Assembly (NCBI GenBank): GCA_033442325.1
Contig: JAWQFM010000013.1
Location: forward strand, 1,585,160-1,649,159
DNA from: Salpingoeca rosetta
Lineage: Eukaryota; Protista; Choanoflagellata
Length of the DNA stretch: 64,000 nt
Direction: 5' to 3'
Shown: positions 30,520-48,542 of the stretch, piece by piece
Numbering within the stretch: the first letter of the stretch is position 1
Layout of the letters: each line of letters begins with the position of its first letter
Translations under genes and position numbers: made by a program
Notes under the pieces: model-generated
Seen by the model: the letters and a program-made list of their open reading frames with translations, nothing else
What the model was told of the DNA's origin: nothing
The model's database searches: none

Positions 30520-31883
30520 AGACAGACAGACACACACAGAGACACACACACACACACACACACATTCTCTCTCGCTTTCTCTGTGAAGCGCACCGTCTGC
30601 GAAGGTGTTCCAGTCATTGAAGATTGGTTTGCCTTGCGACACGGCCCGGCCCAGCTTTCGCAACGCACCGCGGCTGAGGATGGTGCCAGAGCCGCCGCTG
30701 TAGAACGGCACCTGGTGGATAGAGACGCAGAAGAGGAAAGGGGGTGGGGTCGTGGTGGGGCAGAGTGAAGACCAACGGGCAAGGGATTGTTAGTGTTGGA
30801 GGACGTGTTTGAAAAGGTTAGTGTTGAGCAAGTGAGCAGGTCATAGTCATGGTCAGCTGCGTGATAGGCCATGGGTGGATGATAATCAAGAAGGTAGAGA
30901 GCATGGCAGCATGTCACCATCATGGTGTCGACATTGGTTCACACGTGCACAAGGGGGGGGGGGGGATGGATCAAGCGCGCCGGGAGTGAGGCAGTTCACA
31001 GCAGCGCGGCGCCAGCTCACCCGCTTCTCGTTGAAGTGCCCGAGAAAATATCGCCCAAAGTAGTGCAGGTCTTCCGGTGACTTGTCGTCCAGAAACTCAC
31101 GAAGGTTGTCCATCATCTGCCATGCGCACACGTGGCGTGAGGTGTGTGTGTGTATGGGATGGGTGAGGTTGGGAGGTGAGGGAATGATGATGATATGATG
31201 CAAACAGTGCAGGTGCTCTGTACTGCTTGGGGGGGGGGGCGAAGAACGCATTCATCGGAATACAGACGAAGAGACGGCTCAATGAGTTCTCACTCACACA
31301 TCCACCCCATATCCGCCGAACATATTCACACACACACGCACACACACGCACATGGCACGGGCTCGCGTACCATGAAAGTGTCGTCGTCACCGCGGATGAA
31401 CCAGTCGTAGCCGTTGAGCTCTCGTCGGTACGCGCGGATCCATGCCTGCTTCGACTTGGCCCACAGCATGTCCCTCGACTCCTCTTGGTCTGGGTTCAAC
31501 AAGGGTCAACACGTGACAGGAGGACAGCAGGAGGAGGTGCAGCGATGCATGGTGCGTAGGAGGAAGGGGAAAGAAGACGAAGACCACAAGACATGGTGGA
31601 AGGAAGACAATGGAATGAGCAAATGCAAAGCAGAGAAGGAAAGGAGAACAAAACAAAGAAGCATCGCGCTCGCGCGACACTTGCATGCTTGCATGCAGCT
31701 TTGATTGCAGCATACACAGACACAGACACAGACACAGACACAGACACAGACACACACACGCAACCAAACAAAACCACACGGATGGCCTACCGAGACGGGC
31801 AATCCACACATCCAGGCCGGGGTGCCGCTTCGTAGTGACAAAGACGAGCTTATCACAGTGACGTGCCCACGTGTCGCGAACCT

Positions 31884-31960
<77 letters not shown>

Positions 31961-32738
31961 CACACACACACGCACACACACACACACACAAGCAAATTGG
32001 AAGTTGACGCGTGAGCGTGGAAGCAATGCACAGCACGATTGCAGCTTCTAACGTCCACACATTGGCATGGGAGAGGGCCACAGGTGCGCTGTTCCAAGGT
32101 ACAACCACAGCAGAGCAGCGACAGAGCGGTGGGGACAAACAAAGGGGCGACATGCGAGTGGTCCCGCACCGTGACGGCCTTTGTGTCGTGGTTCTTTGGG
32201 TTGGTCATGATCCAGCAGAAGATCTTGCCGCCTTTGCCATTCATGGTTTCGTAATTGTACATGGGGCGGGCCTGCGTGCAAGCACAGAGCGTGTGAGGAA
32301 GGCATGAGTGCGGGCGAAGCATGCCAAGAGCACATGGCGCAGCTGCAACTCATGGCAGTTGGTGGACGGTCCGTCTTTGACATGAAGCATGAAGCATGAA
32401 GGCATGTCACGTGTGCAGAAACACAGTTACGCCAGCACACAGACACACGAACAGACGCACAGACACAGACAGACCCACATGTTTTGCATGTTAGATTTAC
32501 TGGCCATTCTCTGCACTTGCGCTCACCTTTGGTTGCTTCTTGCTGATGGCCACTTCTGTGACGGTGCGGGGTGTGTCATGAAACAATGCATTGAAGTGCA
32601 TGGCCTGTCCAAACAGCACATAAAGGACAACACACGAGGCACGAGACCCCGTGGGTGCGTGTGAGGGAGGTATGAAAGAGAGGTGAGGGGGTTGGAGTAC
32701 ATCTTGGCTCAGAGGTGTTGGTTGGGCTGTGCATGTGA

Positions 32739-32771
<33 letters not shown>

Positions 32772-33378
32772 CATGCAAATCTTTTCATGTTACCTGCAGG
32801 CACCGGTGCTGGCCGCATTCGTGGAGCCGAACACTGGCCACGTCGTCGCCAAAGGGGCTGCGGAAGAGTGGCGAAGGGGGGAAGGAGACACATGAAATGA
32901 CAGCGTGAACTGTGGCGTTTCCGCACCCAGGAAAGCGATATGCACGCCACAACACGCAACAACATGCCACAGACACAGACGCACGCACACACGCATGCAC
33001 ACAAACACACACCTTGGTGCTGTGAGGCACAAGCTGGTGCCGACAAGCTGCACAGATCCGGTGAGGTTCCAGGCATACTCCTTTGCAGGGAGAAAATCAA
33101 ACTTCTGGCCTTTTGCTTTGTCATCACAAGGCTGCACCCTCAAAATGCCGCCTTTCTCCACGCCTGTCAGAGCAGCATGTGCCATTGATAGCATGAATGC
33201 ACAAGCCGGAGCGATCACAGCAGAATGCAATCCAAACGAACCACGCAGCACGAGTCACAGCACGGGGGCAAACGCATGACGGACATGCCCACATACACAG
33301 ACACAGATACAGACACAGGCACACACGCACAGACAGACAGACAGATAGACAGACACGCACAGACAGATAGCTAGACAC

Positions 33379-33432
<54 letters not shown>

Positions 33433-34433
33433 CATTCACAGACCCACACACCCTTACCAGTTGCATCGATGCACCAGTTCTCGCTGGTTTGGATCTGCTG
33501 GTGTGCGGTGTACTTCCAAATCTGCTTGGGCTGCTTGCGGTTGCAGAAGTAGACGATGAGGCGCTCTGGGTCGTAGCCGTCAACGCAGTCCATGTTGCGG
33601 GTGATGCGGATTTGCCCTGGCCGCATGGGCTGACCGAGGTCGTAGAACTGGTCGCGATCGTCATCAGCACTACCAGCCTCTTCGTCAGCACTGTCGCCGC
33701 CCTCCTCGGCTGCGGCGGGCGGCAGGCCTTCTTCCTTGTGGATGCGCTGGCTGATGAGCTTGTGCAGCTGGTGCAGTAGTTGGTTTGTGTCAATCTCACC
33801 ATGCTCACCAAGCGGTTCACCAAAGCTGCTGTGCACGCCAGGCCGCGAGTGCGACATGTTTTGCGACTGCATGCGATTGAGGATGGTGCGGCTCAGCGTC
33901 TCCGCCCGCTCCAAGCTTTCCAGCGTGCGGTCCAGCTGTGCCGTGTGTGTTGTATTGTGTGTGTTGTGTTGCATGTGTTGTATGTGTGTGTGTATGTGTG
34001 TGTGGAAGTGAGCACTGGCCACTCATTCACGCATGCATGCATGTAGTTGTTGTTGAGCAAGGAAGCAAGGAAGCAAGGAAGCAAGCAAGCATGCATGCTG
34101 CTGACGAGTGCACCGTACAAAACAAACCAGCATCACCAACAAAAGCAACGCGAACCAACAACAACAGCAGCCAACTATCTAAGTGTGGTAACAACGCACC
34201 CTTGTTTCGAGCTCGGAGACTTGGGACTGTGCACGGTCGAGGCGAACGGGAGCCAAGGCACCTGCCCCGGCAGCGGCGAGAGTGATGGTGTCATCGCGCT
34301 CTCGCAACGATGCACCGCCCTGCGCTGCAGACAGGGATGCTGTTGGTGGATACACTGACCATCGGCCCAGTGTTACCAGCAGCACCACCAAGCAACCGCC
34401 AGTCAACACAACCAGCCACCTGTTGTTGAGCAT
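30041..34433 (-). CDS. C1GALT1: Core-1 beta-1,3-galactosyltransferase (T-synthase)-like GT31 with a ricin-B domain in the stem
   Basis: Type II TM at the N-terminus. Catalytic segments [106 protein letters not shown]. Ricin-like [33 protein letters not shown]. Confidence 0.88.
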
Positions 34434-34797
34434 CCTCTGTGGTCGTCAGTTCTTGGGTGTTGGGCCAGCAGAGCGACGAGGGAGAAGTGATGATCACACC
34501 GCGATCTCTGCTGCAGCACGTTGGCTGTCTGCTGGGTGTGGCTGGCTAGAATGCTTCGAATACCGTTGCAGTGCTGTTGCTTTTGTGCTTGCAGGCAGCC
34601 CGCTGGCTGGCCAAAAAATTTCGGCGCATTCGACACCACAAACAGCAGTGCCGCGAACTGCAAATTCGCGTTCGGCGCGGCAGCGGCCTCCGCTGTTGGC
34701 GCACTCCGTCGCCATTTCTTCCAACAACCAACGACAGCACTCACAGCAAGCGAGCGAGCGAGTCAGCACTGTCGCAGAGCACCTCCAGCAGCTAGCC

Positions 34798-36834
34798 ATG
34801 TCACACGGCGAAGAGTGGTTCAACGAGATGGCGTCCACTTGGGTGAGGCACCGGTGTCGTGGTTGTGCTTGGGCTTCTTGCTGTTACTGCACAACAACTT
34901 ACTTTCTTTCGCAGGCTCATGCACACTTTGATTCTCTGATGGATTGCAGGATGCCAAGCCCGAGATCGTCGCCAACACGAAGAACGTCCATGCACAGATC
35001 ATCAAGCACCTCGAAGAGCGGTTCGTGCTCATGTTGGCATGTGTGTGTATGTCTGTGTATTTGTGTTTGTATTTGTGTGTGTGTGCGCGCGTATGTGTGT
35101 GTGTTTGTTTTTGTGTGTGTGGCACATGTGCCCTCATGCATACACACACGCGCTCGCTCACACGCACATCCCCCCACAATACCTCCACGCATGCACCCCC
35201 GCGCTCACGCACGTACATGCAATGCATTAGTGGTCAGAGCCTGTCCTCGATGGACGTCATGGAGGTTGGCAGCGGCACAGGCCTGCTCTCCACCCTGCTC
35301 GCCAAGGACTCCAAGGTCAGTAGCCCTCACGGTGCACAACAGCAAACAAGCTGCGCGCCATGAGTAAACATACGTACCAACCAACTAAACTAACTGCAGC
35401 GCTAACTCAGCCGACCGTCATCTTCGCTCGCTCTCACTACACCCCTTGCTGCCGGTAACAGAGCCTGCTGGCCGTGGACACGTCGGAGAAGATGCTGGAG
35501 CGCCTCATGGACAAGGTCAAGGAGTCCAACCTGGGCAACGTCTCCACCCTGAACGAGCCGCTCGTCTCCGTGGTCGGTCGATGTTGCCGCGCGTGTGTGT
35601 GCTTGTCTGCTTGTGTGCTTGCCTATGCGTGCTTGTGGTTTTGCTTGCGTGCTTGCCTGTGTGTGCTTGTGGTTGTGCTTGTGTGCTTGCGTGTGTATGT
35701 ATGTGTGTGTGTGTGCCTGTGTGGACCATAAGGCTTCTCTCTTATGTTGACCTGAGATCGGCTGGTTGGTTGATGGCATTGGCGCACTGCTCGTTTCCTC
35801 TGCATTTCGTGCTGCTGCTTCAGGACCAGCTTGGTGGGCGCACATTTGATCTCATCGTGATGTGCCTCACCCTTCACCACGTCGACGACATCCAAGGCCT
35901 GAGTGCGTTCATCTGCTCTTCTTGTGACATTTGTAGTGTGATCTTGCACATGCAACGCATGCCACACCACACTTCCATGTCATGACAGCCAATAGTTGGT
36001 CCACAACTCACACCTCTTAAATTCACGACCACCATTGCGTGCAAACAGCCAAGACCATCAGCGCTGCGCTCAACAAGGGCGGCCAGTTTCTTGTGTTTGA
36101 CTTTGAGAAGTTCGCTGGATCCAAGTCCTTCCACCAAATGACCGACGAGCAGCTCAAGGTCTCGCAGTCGCAATGGTGGTGGTGGTGGTGGTGGTGGTGG
36201 TGGTGGTGGTGGTGGTGGTGGTGGTGGTTCGAGTTGTATGGTGGTGGTGACGGGTTGGCATCAGATGGCGGTGGTGACGTGATGTGCGCTTGCATGTGTA
36301 CACCACAACAACCACTTGTGTGTGTGTGTGTGTGTGCGTGTGTGTTGTTCTCACATCGTTGAATCGTTGACTGCTGGTACAGGCGGCTGGCGTCTATCAC
36401 GATCAAGGCTTTGATGCAAGCGACTTTGAGGCCCTGTTTGGCCAGGCCAACCTCAAGTGCATCCACGCACAGGTCAGAGTGCGCGCGTGCATGCGTGCGT
36501 GCGTGCGTGCGTGCGTGCGTGGAATCACCAACACGGTGATTGCCATCCTCGTCGCATTTCGTGTTGTCCCGTTGCATGATCGTTGATCGTTTCCCGCTCG
36601 CTGTTCATCTTCTCACGTCACCACTGGCCACACACCCGCTCGTTCCCGCAGAGCCACTTCCGGATGACCATGCCCGATAACATGCCCAAGCCTGGTGAGC
36701 AGTCTGAGGGACACGGACACTCGCATGCACACGCACACGCACACGCGCACGGGCACGGGCACAGCCATCGGCAAGGGATGGGCGAAGGCAAGAACGAGTA
36801 CCCGATCATCTTCGCCGCCGGTCTCAAGGAGTGA
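34798..36834 (+). CDS. Class I SAM-dependent methyltransferase with a His-rich C-terminal insert
   Basis: FNEMASTW-DAKPE, VMEVGSGTGLLS, AVDTSEKML, FDLIVMCLTLHHVDD, LNKGGQFLVFDF, GHGHSHAHAHAHAHGHGHSH. Confidence 0.88.
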
Positions 36835-37310
36835 TGCATGGTGGTGGTTGATGCATGGTAGTGGTTGATGCATGGTGGTGGTTGATGCATGGTGATGGTG
36901 GTGATGGTGTCAATGGTGTCTGGCTGCGCACAAGGACAGTTGCGTTTGAGGGTTTGCCAGTTCACGGGGTGATGGGATTTCTTTTTGTTGGATGGATGGT
37001 TGTTTCGGATTGTTGGCTCGTGTTGGTACACACGCGGCGTGCCCGCTTTGCCTGCGCCGTGTCTGTCTGGCATGTGGGTTTGATTGGTGATTGTTATTGT
37101 TGGGGGTCTGCATGCACGCACGTTGGAACAGATGAAACACACATAACACAGGTGAAACAACACGACACAAGACACCAGCAAACACAGACGAGGCGAGAGT
37201 TCGTGTGGAACGAAAAGTACGCAAACAGTGTGTGTGTGTGAAGGAGAGAGAGGCAGATGGATTCCTCGTGTCACAAACAAAACTAAAGCAGCGATGGCAT
37301 TCACCACTTG

Positions 37311-37399
<89 letters not shown>

Positions 37400-37412
37400 G
37401 TCATCGTCATCG

Positions 37413-37415
<3 letters not shown>
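37311..37415. repeat. (CAT)n/(CGT) trinucleotide microsatellite
   Basis: Seen directly; abuts the inferred DUS2 stop. Confidence 0.95.
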
Positions 37416-41481
<4,066 letters not shown>

Positions 41482-41724
41482 TCAGCTCGCTCGCACACTC
41501 CACCAGCTCGCTTCGGGTCTGCACGCTGCACGCACGTTGTTGTTGTGTGTAATCGCCGCGCAAAGCTCGCCGAAATACAGCCAATATCTTCCGCCAATGC
41601 TCCAAACTTCCATCCTGACAGCGAAATTCAAAAACGGCAAAACCACAGCACCACGACTGCATTCGCTTGCTTGTTCAAATCACACAGGCAACCACTCACT
41701 CACCGGAGAGCGAGAGCAGCAGCC

Positions 41725-43104
41725 ATGGTGGTGGAGAACGCGGTCCAAGTGGAAGCACACGCCAGCAGGCGCGTGCAGCCTGACATGGCTCGCCTGGTGA
41801 TTTCGATCAAAAGGTGCGCAATGCAGTCTGCAGCGGTTGTGTTTGGCTGTGGTTTGATGATGAAAGCAACAGTGTTTGTCTTGGCCCTTCTTTGAATGTG
41901 CTGAGTTTGGATACGACGCACGTGTGCGAACAACACACGCGGGTGCTAACTCTACATACGTGCGATGGGCTCATACTCACGCACGGGATGTCATGTAAAT
42001 GCGTGTGCGGTTCAAATCCGCAGCGAGAAATCGGACTTTGCAGAGGCGCAGGAAAGCGTCAACAAGAGGCACAAGTGGGTGATCCACCTCCTTGCAGAAC
42101 AAAGTGAGTTGTTGTGCATTGGTCGTGGTGTTGTGTATCATGGTGGGCGGTCTTGTGCCAAGTAAGCGTGTCATCGATGGTGACGAGCTCACTCGCTCAC
42201 ATATACACACATATGTACGCGCTAACTGACCACCAGGTGTACGAAAGGCGGACGTGAATGAGACGATGCGCGTGACCAAAGGCGAGACTTCCATCAGCAT
42301 TGTCAAAACGACCTCAGTGCTGCTCCGAAACAAGTGTGTGACCAGCTGCATTGTGTCACGGAGAAGATGCTTGTGTTTGTTTGTGTTCGCGAGAGAGAGG
42401 GAGAGAGCGTGTGTGTGTGTGTGTGAGAGGGAGAGAGAGTGTGTGTGTTCGTGCTCGTGTGTACATGTGTATTTACGTATGTGTGTGGTTTTGTGTGGAT
42501 GTCTGCATGTACGTATTGTCGACTTGTGTGAGCGCATGTGTCAGTCAGTCTGCTCACATGTGCATGTGCTTCTCACCGACGTGTCTGCCTGTCCAGACAA
42601 TCTGCCGAAGCAGTCCTGTCACAAATCTGCCAGAAGGTTCGTTGGCTTGCGCACGCGTGAGTGAGTGTGATGTGTGTGTCCCCCGTATTTGCTTTCAAAC
42701 GCGCGATGTGAATGCAATTCGTGACGTGACAGTCCTTGCTTCTTCTCCACTACGTGCATGCTTGGCTCACTTGCTCGCCGGTGTTCGTGGTGTTGTAGGA
42801 CATTGATAAGATATTTGTGGATGAGGTCGAGTATGTGTGCAGTCAAGAGCAACTGTCGTCAACATCGTGAGTCCGGCTCTCCTGTTATTCCTTGGTGGTA
42901 GGATTGGTTGCTTCTGTCTGTCTGTGTGTCTGTGTGTCTGTGTGTCTGTGTGTCTGTCTTTTGTGTCTGTCTGTGTGTGTGTGTGTGTCTGTGTCTGTGT
43001 GTCTGTCTGTGTGTCTGTGTGTGTGTGTGTGTGTCTGTCTGTCTGTCTGTGCCTGCCTGTCTGCCTGTCTGCCTGTCTGTCTCATCCACTCACACATTCG
43101 CTCA

Positions 43105-43191
<87 letters not shown>

Positions 43192-43415
43192 CGATGTGCT
43201 TTCACCGTGTTTTCCCATACGTGAGCAGGGTGCAGCTGACAGACACGGCAATGACAGATGCGTTGGCGAAGATCAAGGCTGCGTGTAAGCGGGCGAGTTT
43301 GCAGGCAACCTCTGTTGTGCACGTGAGCGAGCACCGAGAGGATGCAGTGACACACAGCGATGGGTCGTGCACGGTTGCGTGTCACCTCACCGTCACAGCA
43401 GCGCTTGCGCCCTGA
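41725..43415 (+). CDS. SIMPL (DUF541) domain protein, IRAK1BP1-like
   Basis: [32 protein letters not shown], and [27 protein letters not shown], follow the SIMPL pattern. Confidence 0.7.
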
Positions 43416-43675
43416 CCTGCAGCCACCAACGACCACGGATGGCTGTCAATTGACCATCATCGCTTGCCGCCGCCGCCGCCGCTGCTGCTGCTGTCATTGT
43501 TGTTTGCTTGTCGCCTGTTACATTACTGCTGGCTCGTGCTCGTGTGTATACGTGCGCGTGCTGGCGTGTGCTCACTGTCTACCTCTCTGTGTACATATCT
43601 ATGTATTCCCTTGCTTTCTTGATTGCCCAAGTTGCACCCCGCCATCCATCATCCAAACAACAACAAAGCCACGCG

Positions 43676-43806
43676 ATGACAACGAGCAGCAGCACATGGC
43701 AGCGGCTGTGTGGGTGTCGTGATGAGTTGAGCATCGGGCTCGCGCTGAGATGCGGGCAGGCGTTTGGGTGGAAGCAGCTGGAGGCAACAGCGTTCGTTGG
43801 CACGGT

Positions 43807-43877
<71 letters not shown>

Positions 43878-45395
43878 GTGTGTGTGTGTGTCGTCGTGTG
43901 TGTGTGTGTNNNNNNNNNNNNNNNNNNNNNNNNNNNNNNNNNNNNNNNNNNNNNNNNNNNNNNNNNNNNNNNNNNNNNNNNNNNNNNNNNNNNNNNNNNN
44001 NNNNNNNNNNNNNNNNNNNNNNNNNNNNNNNNNNNNNNNNNNNNNNNNNNNNNNNNNNNNNNNNNNNNNNNNNNNNNNNNNNNNNNNNNNNNNNNNNNNN
44101 NNNNNNNNNNNNNNNNNNNNNNNNNNNNNNNNNNNNNNNNNNNNNNNNNNNNNNNNNNNNNNNNNNNNNNNNNNNNNNNNNNNNNNNNNNNNNNNNNNNN
44201 NNNNNNNNNNNNNNNNNNNNNNNNNNNNNNNNNNNNNNNNNNNNNNNNNNNNNNNNNNNNNNNNNNNNNNNNNNNNNNNNNNNNNNNNNNNNNNNNNNNN
44301 NNNNNNNNNNNNNNNNNNNNNNNNNNNNNNNNNNNNNNNNNNNNNNNNNNNNNNNNNNNNNNNNNNNNNNNNNNNNNNNNNNNNNNNNNNNNNNNNNNNN
44401 NNNNNNNNNNNNNNNNNNNNNNNNNNNGCGTGTGTGTGTGTGTGTGTGCTGTATCGGAGGCTCTCGCTCGCAATGGGTCATATCGCTCTTCGCTAACGCG
44501 TCACCCCCTCTTCTTGTGCTTGTGCAGGTTAATGACACCGCAGTGGCGCTGCGCACCGCACCGAACGGCGCAACGGAGTACCGCGTGCTGCACGCGCCCT
44601 CGCGCTCATTCGCATCCACGCGCGACTTACTGTCGGACTACTTCCAGCTCAGCACAAAGCTCAAGCCCCTCTATGAGCAGTGGGCAGCAGCCGACCCGCG
44701 CATGCAGGTTGGTGGCGCAGGGTTGAGGGTCATGCAACAGACGGCTTCCCCTTTGCTCGCTTGCACATCTTCACCAGACCACACCTCGTTCGCATATGCT
44801 GCTCCAACCCATGCCATCTCTCTCCTTGCGCCGGTTCCATTGATGTCTTTCTTCTCCGACCGCTGTGCGTTGTCGCCATCTCAAGACAGCAGCGGCGGCG
44901 CTGGCTGGCTTGCGCGTGATCCGGCAGCCTCCCTTCGAGTGCCTCATCTCGTTCATCTGCTCCTCCAACAACAACATCGCCCGCATCACAAGCATGCTGT
45001 CATCGCTGCGCCTTCGGTATGGCACGAAGCTGACCCACCATGACGGTGACCCCATTCACGCCTTTCCAACACTGGACCAGCTGCAGCCCGTCACTGAGCA
45101 GGAGTTGCGGGATCTCGGCTTTGGATACAGGTCAGGAAGCCGCGATGGTGAGAGGGTGTGTGTGTATGTGTGTGTATGTGTGTGTGTGTGTGTGCCGAGT
45201 GGAGGCACCTACTTCTGCCCACGTGCATACCACCATGCCACACAACCCTACCCTCCTTTCACCCGTCTCTAACGCCCATGCTGCCCTGCGACGTGTGCAG
45301 AGCAAAGTTCATTGTGAAGACTGTGGACGCCCTCAAAGCAGCCGGCGGTGAAGCGTATCTTCAATCCCTCAGAACCAAGTCATCACAGGTGCTGT

Positions 45396-45433
<38 letters not shown>

Positions 45434-45732
45434 TGACTGTGTTCTCCCGCAATGTATCTGTCTTTCAATGCCTCTGAACCCCCATTAACACCCACCCTTA
45501 CATTCATGGCGTTGCTGTGGGTCAGATTGCCGTGCGGGACTACGACCGGTCGCTCGCGGCGATGAAGAGCTTGACGCCGCGCGTGTACGATCGCGTCGGC
45601 TCTCTCTTCAGGCAGCGGTTTGGAGACCACGCCGGCTGGGCACACAGGTGCGTGGGCGTAGGTGGTGTGAGCCAGGGGTGGTCGTGGTGGTTTGCTGCTT
45701 GTGGCAGTGGTGGTGATCTTGAATGTTACACA

Positions 45733-45795
<63 letters not shown>

Positions 45796-46525
45796 ATGCG
45801 ACGAGTACAGTGTGCTGTTTGCTGCTGAGCTGCCCGTGTTTGCACCACTTCTCCCTTCGCACTTTGTGGACGCAAACGCGGCATTTCGGACAGAGACGAA
45901 GATGAAGAAGAAGGCGTTGGCGAAGAAGAAGGACAGCAGTGGTGGTGGTGAGGCGATAAAGCGGAAGAAGCAAGGCAAGGCGAACGCGAACGCAAAGAGC
46001 ACTCGTGCTGGTGGTGGTGGTGGTGGCGGCGATGGTGGTGGGAGGGCGAGCCGCAACAATGGAAAGAAGCAAACGAGCAAAGAAAGAGCGAGTGAGGAGG
46101 GGACGAGAGCGCGCGGTCAGAGTACGGAGACTGGAGGGGGGCGAGGAGGAAGGAAGAAGAAAGGTGTAGAGCACAGGACGGCGCAGGCGGTCGCAAGTCC
46201 AGTGAGCGTACACGATCGTCCTGATGACAAGCCCTCGGGCAGAGAAAAAAAGAGGAGAGCACGCGCCCCGGCATCAGCGAAGAAATCAGCAAAGAAATCA
46301 GCAAAGACAACAACACATCATGCGCAGCAACAGCCAACGTCAAGCAACCGCAACGACGAACATCACAAGAACCACAACAGCAACAAGAACCGCAACAGCA
46401 ACAAGAATCACGCCAGCCCCAGCACGAGCGCTGGTGCGACCACTGTGCAAAGAAGACGACGCGATGGCGGTGAAGGGCGGTGGAAGCGACGCAGTCCTCG
46501 ACTCGCCAGCACCAGCACAACGTGA
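43676..46525 (+). CDS. OGG1: 8-oxoguanine DNA glycosylase/AP lyase with a long basic low-complexity tail; HhH-GPD segment not present in this sequence
   Basis: LRCGQAFGW, DYFQL..LYEQW..DP, GLRVIRQPPFECLISFICSSNNNIARIT, AFPTL..LRDLGFGYR-AKFI, IAVRDY..FGDHAGWAH-SVLFAAEL. Confidence 0.9.
43910..44427. other. Assembly gap within OGG1 intron 1
   Basis: N run flanked by (GT)n. Confidence 1.
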
Positions 46526-46571
46526 TGATGATGACGACGATGATGATGATGACGACGACGACGACGACGAC

Positions 46572-46666
<95 letters not shown>
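46523..46666. repeat. (TGA)n/(CGA) trinucleotide microsatellite
   Basis: Seen directly; begins at the OGG1 stop codon. Confidence 0.95.
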
Positions 46667-47080
46667 GCACGTGGTGTCCGCGCTGTATGCCCAGGCAACA
46701 GCTGCCACTTGTGTTATGTGACGTGACAGTTGCATCACTTGCCCAACCAGCACTCGCACCTGACTTCCTCCATGTCTGGTTTGATTTGAAACGTTTAATA
46801 ACCAAACAATGCGGGTGTAGATGTACACAATGTTACATTAGCTCGACACGTGTGTGTGTATGTACAATAATTGGACATGGAAGGTGTCGAAGAGTAAACG
46901 CCAGCCACTCATCACCAGCTGCATCAGCACATGAGTGACCAGTGACTGATCACAAGCACCCACCTCCAACTGCTCCTTGCCATGCCACCTTGGCCAATCA
47001 CAACTTGATGTTGCGATTCGCACGCAAGTCGCAAGGCACCACCACCACCACCACTCTCGTAACCACAGCAGCCACCACGG

Positions 47081-47618
47081 CTACCCCTTGGGTGTTGCTG
47101 CCTGCTGCTCCTTTGCCTTCTTCTCGGCTTCGGCCTGCGCGTTTTGCTTGCGGATACGGTGTGCGCGTGCGTGCAAGTCCGCCACGTCCAAGCGAAGCAG
47201 CTCAGCCTGCTTCTTCCACCAGATGGTGTTACTCTGCAGCATGTGTGCGTGTGTGTGCGTGTGTGCGTGCGTGTGTGTAAGCTGTGCAACCACGGGTTTG
47301 GTTGATTGTGCTCACGATTCGCTGTCCCAAGCGACCACGCCACTACCATTACGCCAGCCACTGCTACTGCCCTTTAGAAAACCGAGTGTGCGCGCACCTT
47401 TGCGTTTTCGATGCTGTCCTCGATCCAATCGAGAACGCGTCGCGGAACACACCCCGTCTCCCGCACACGCCGCATCTTCGCCTGCTTCTGCGTATTCAGG
47501 ATAATCTGGTGATGGTGGTGGTGGTGGTGATGGCAACAAGGGTGGTAGGCGGGGTGTGGCGTGTTTGTGTGAGTGTTGTTTGCAAGTGGAGATTGAGTGT
47601 GTGCATGCAAGCAAACAC

Positions 47619-47689
<71 letters not shown>

Positions 47690-48475
47690 TGTCCTTCCGT
47701 ACCTCGCGGTGCATGGCCTCCAGCTGCTTCGGGGAATCGCTCGTCACGTCCGCTTTCGGCGCCGACCGCGCTGAAAACGATGATGACGATGGTGGTGGTG
47801 GTGACGATGGTGGTGATGGTGGCGGTGAATGGTGCATGCAGCATGACAGAGAAACCGTGGGATGGTTGGGCGCAAGAACAGCGAGCGGCCTGATTGTTGC
47901 GTTTGTCAATGCACGTTCGTCCCCATTTGTGCGTGTGCGTGCTTACCGGCTCTCATTTCCGCCTGCATTGCTTCCAGTGCCGCATCTGCTTCTGTAATGT
48001 CACGTTTGTACGATGCAATCTTCTGCTCCTCCCTGGGTGCCGATACGGGAAGAAAAGCATGACGAGGCACACAAGGAGAGGAGGAGCAGCAGCATGAGAG
48101 TACGACAACACAGGCACACGCACCAACATGCGCACACAAACTCACAGACACATGGGCACACACGCAGACGCAGACACACACAGACACAGACAGACAGACA
48201 CACACACACACACACACACAGACAGACAGACAGACACAGGTGCGCGTGCTACCATTTACTCACTGTCGAATTTCTTGGGAGAGTCTGATCTTGTCTGCTT
48301 CCACAAACTGTCGCATTTCCTCCAAGTGCCGCACAATTTGCCGCTGGAAACACAGGCATTGGGACGGGGAGTTGAATGATGGGTGTGAGGCGGAGATGAT
48401 GGCGTGTGCACGAGGTCGCGCATGTACTCTTTCGTCAGATCCGCCGCACATACATACATACATACACATAGACAG

Positions 48476-48542
<67 letters not shown>

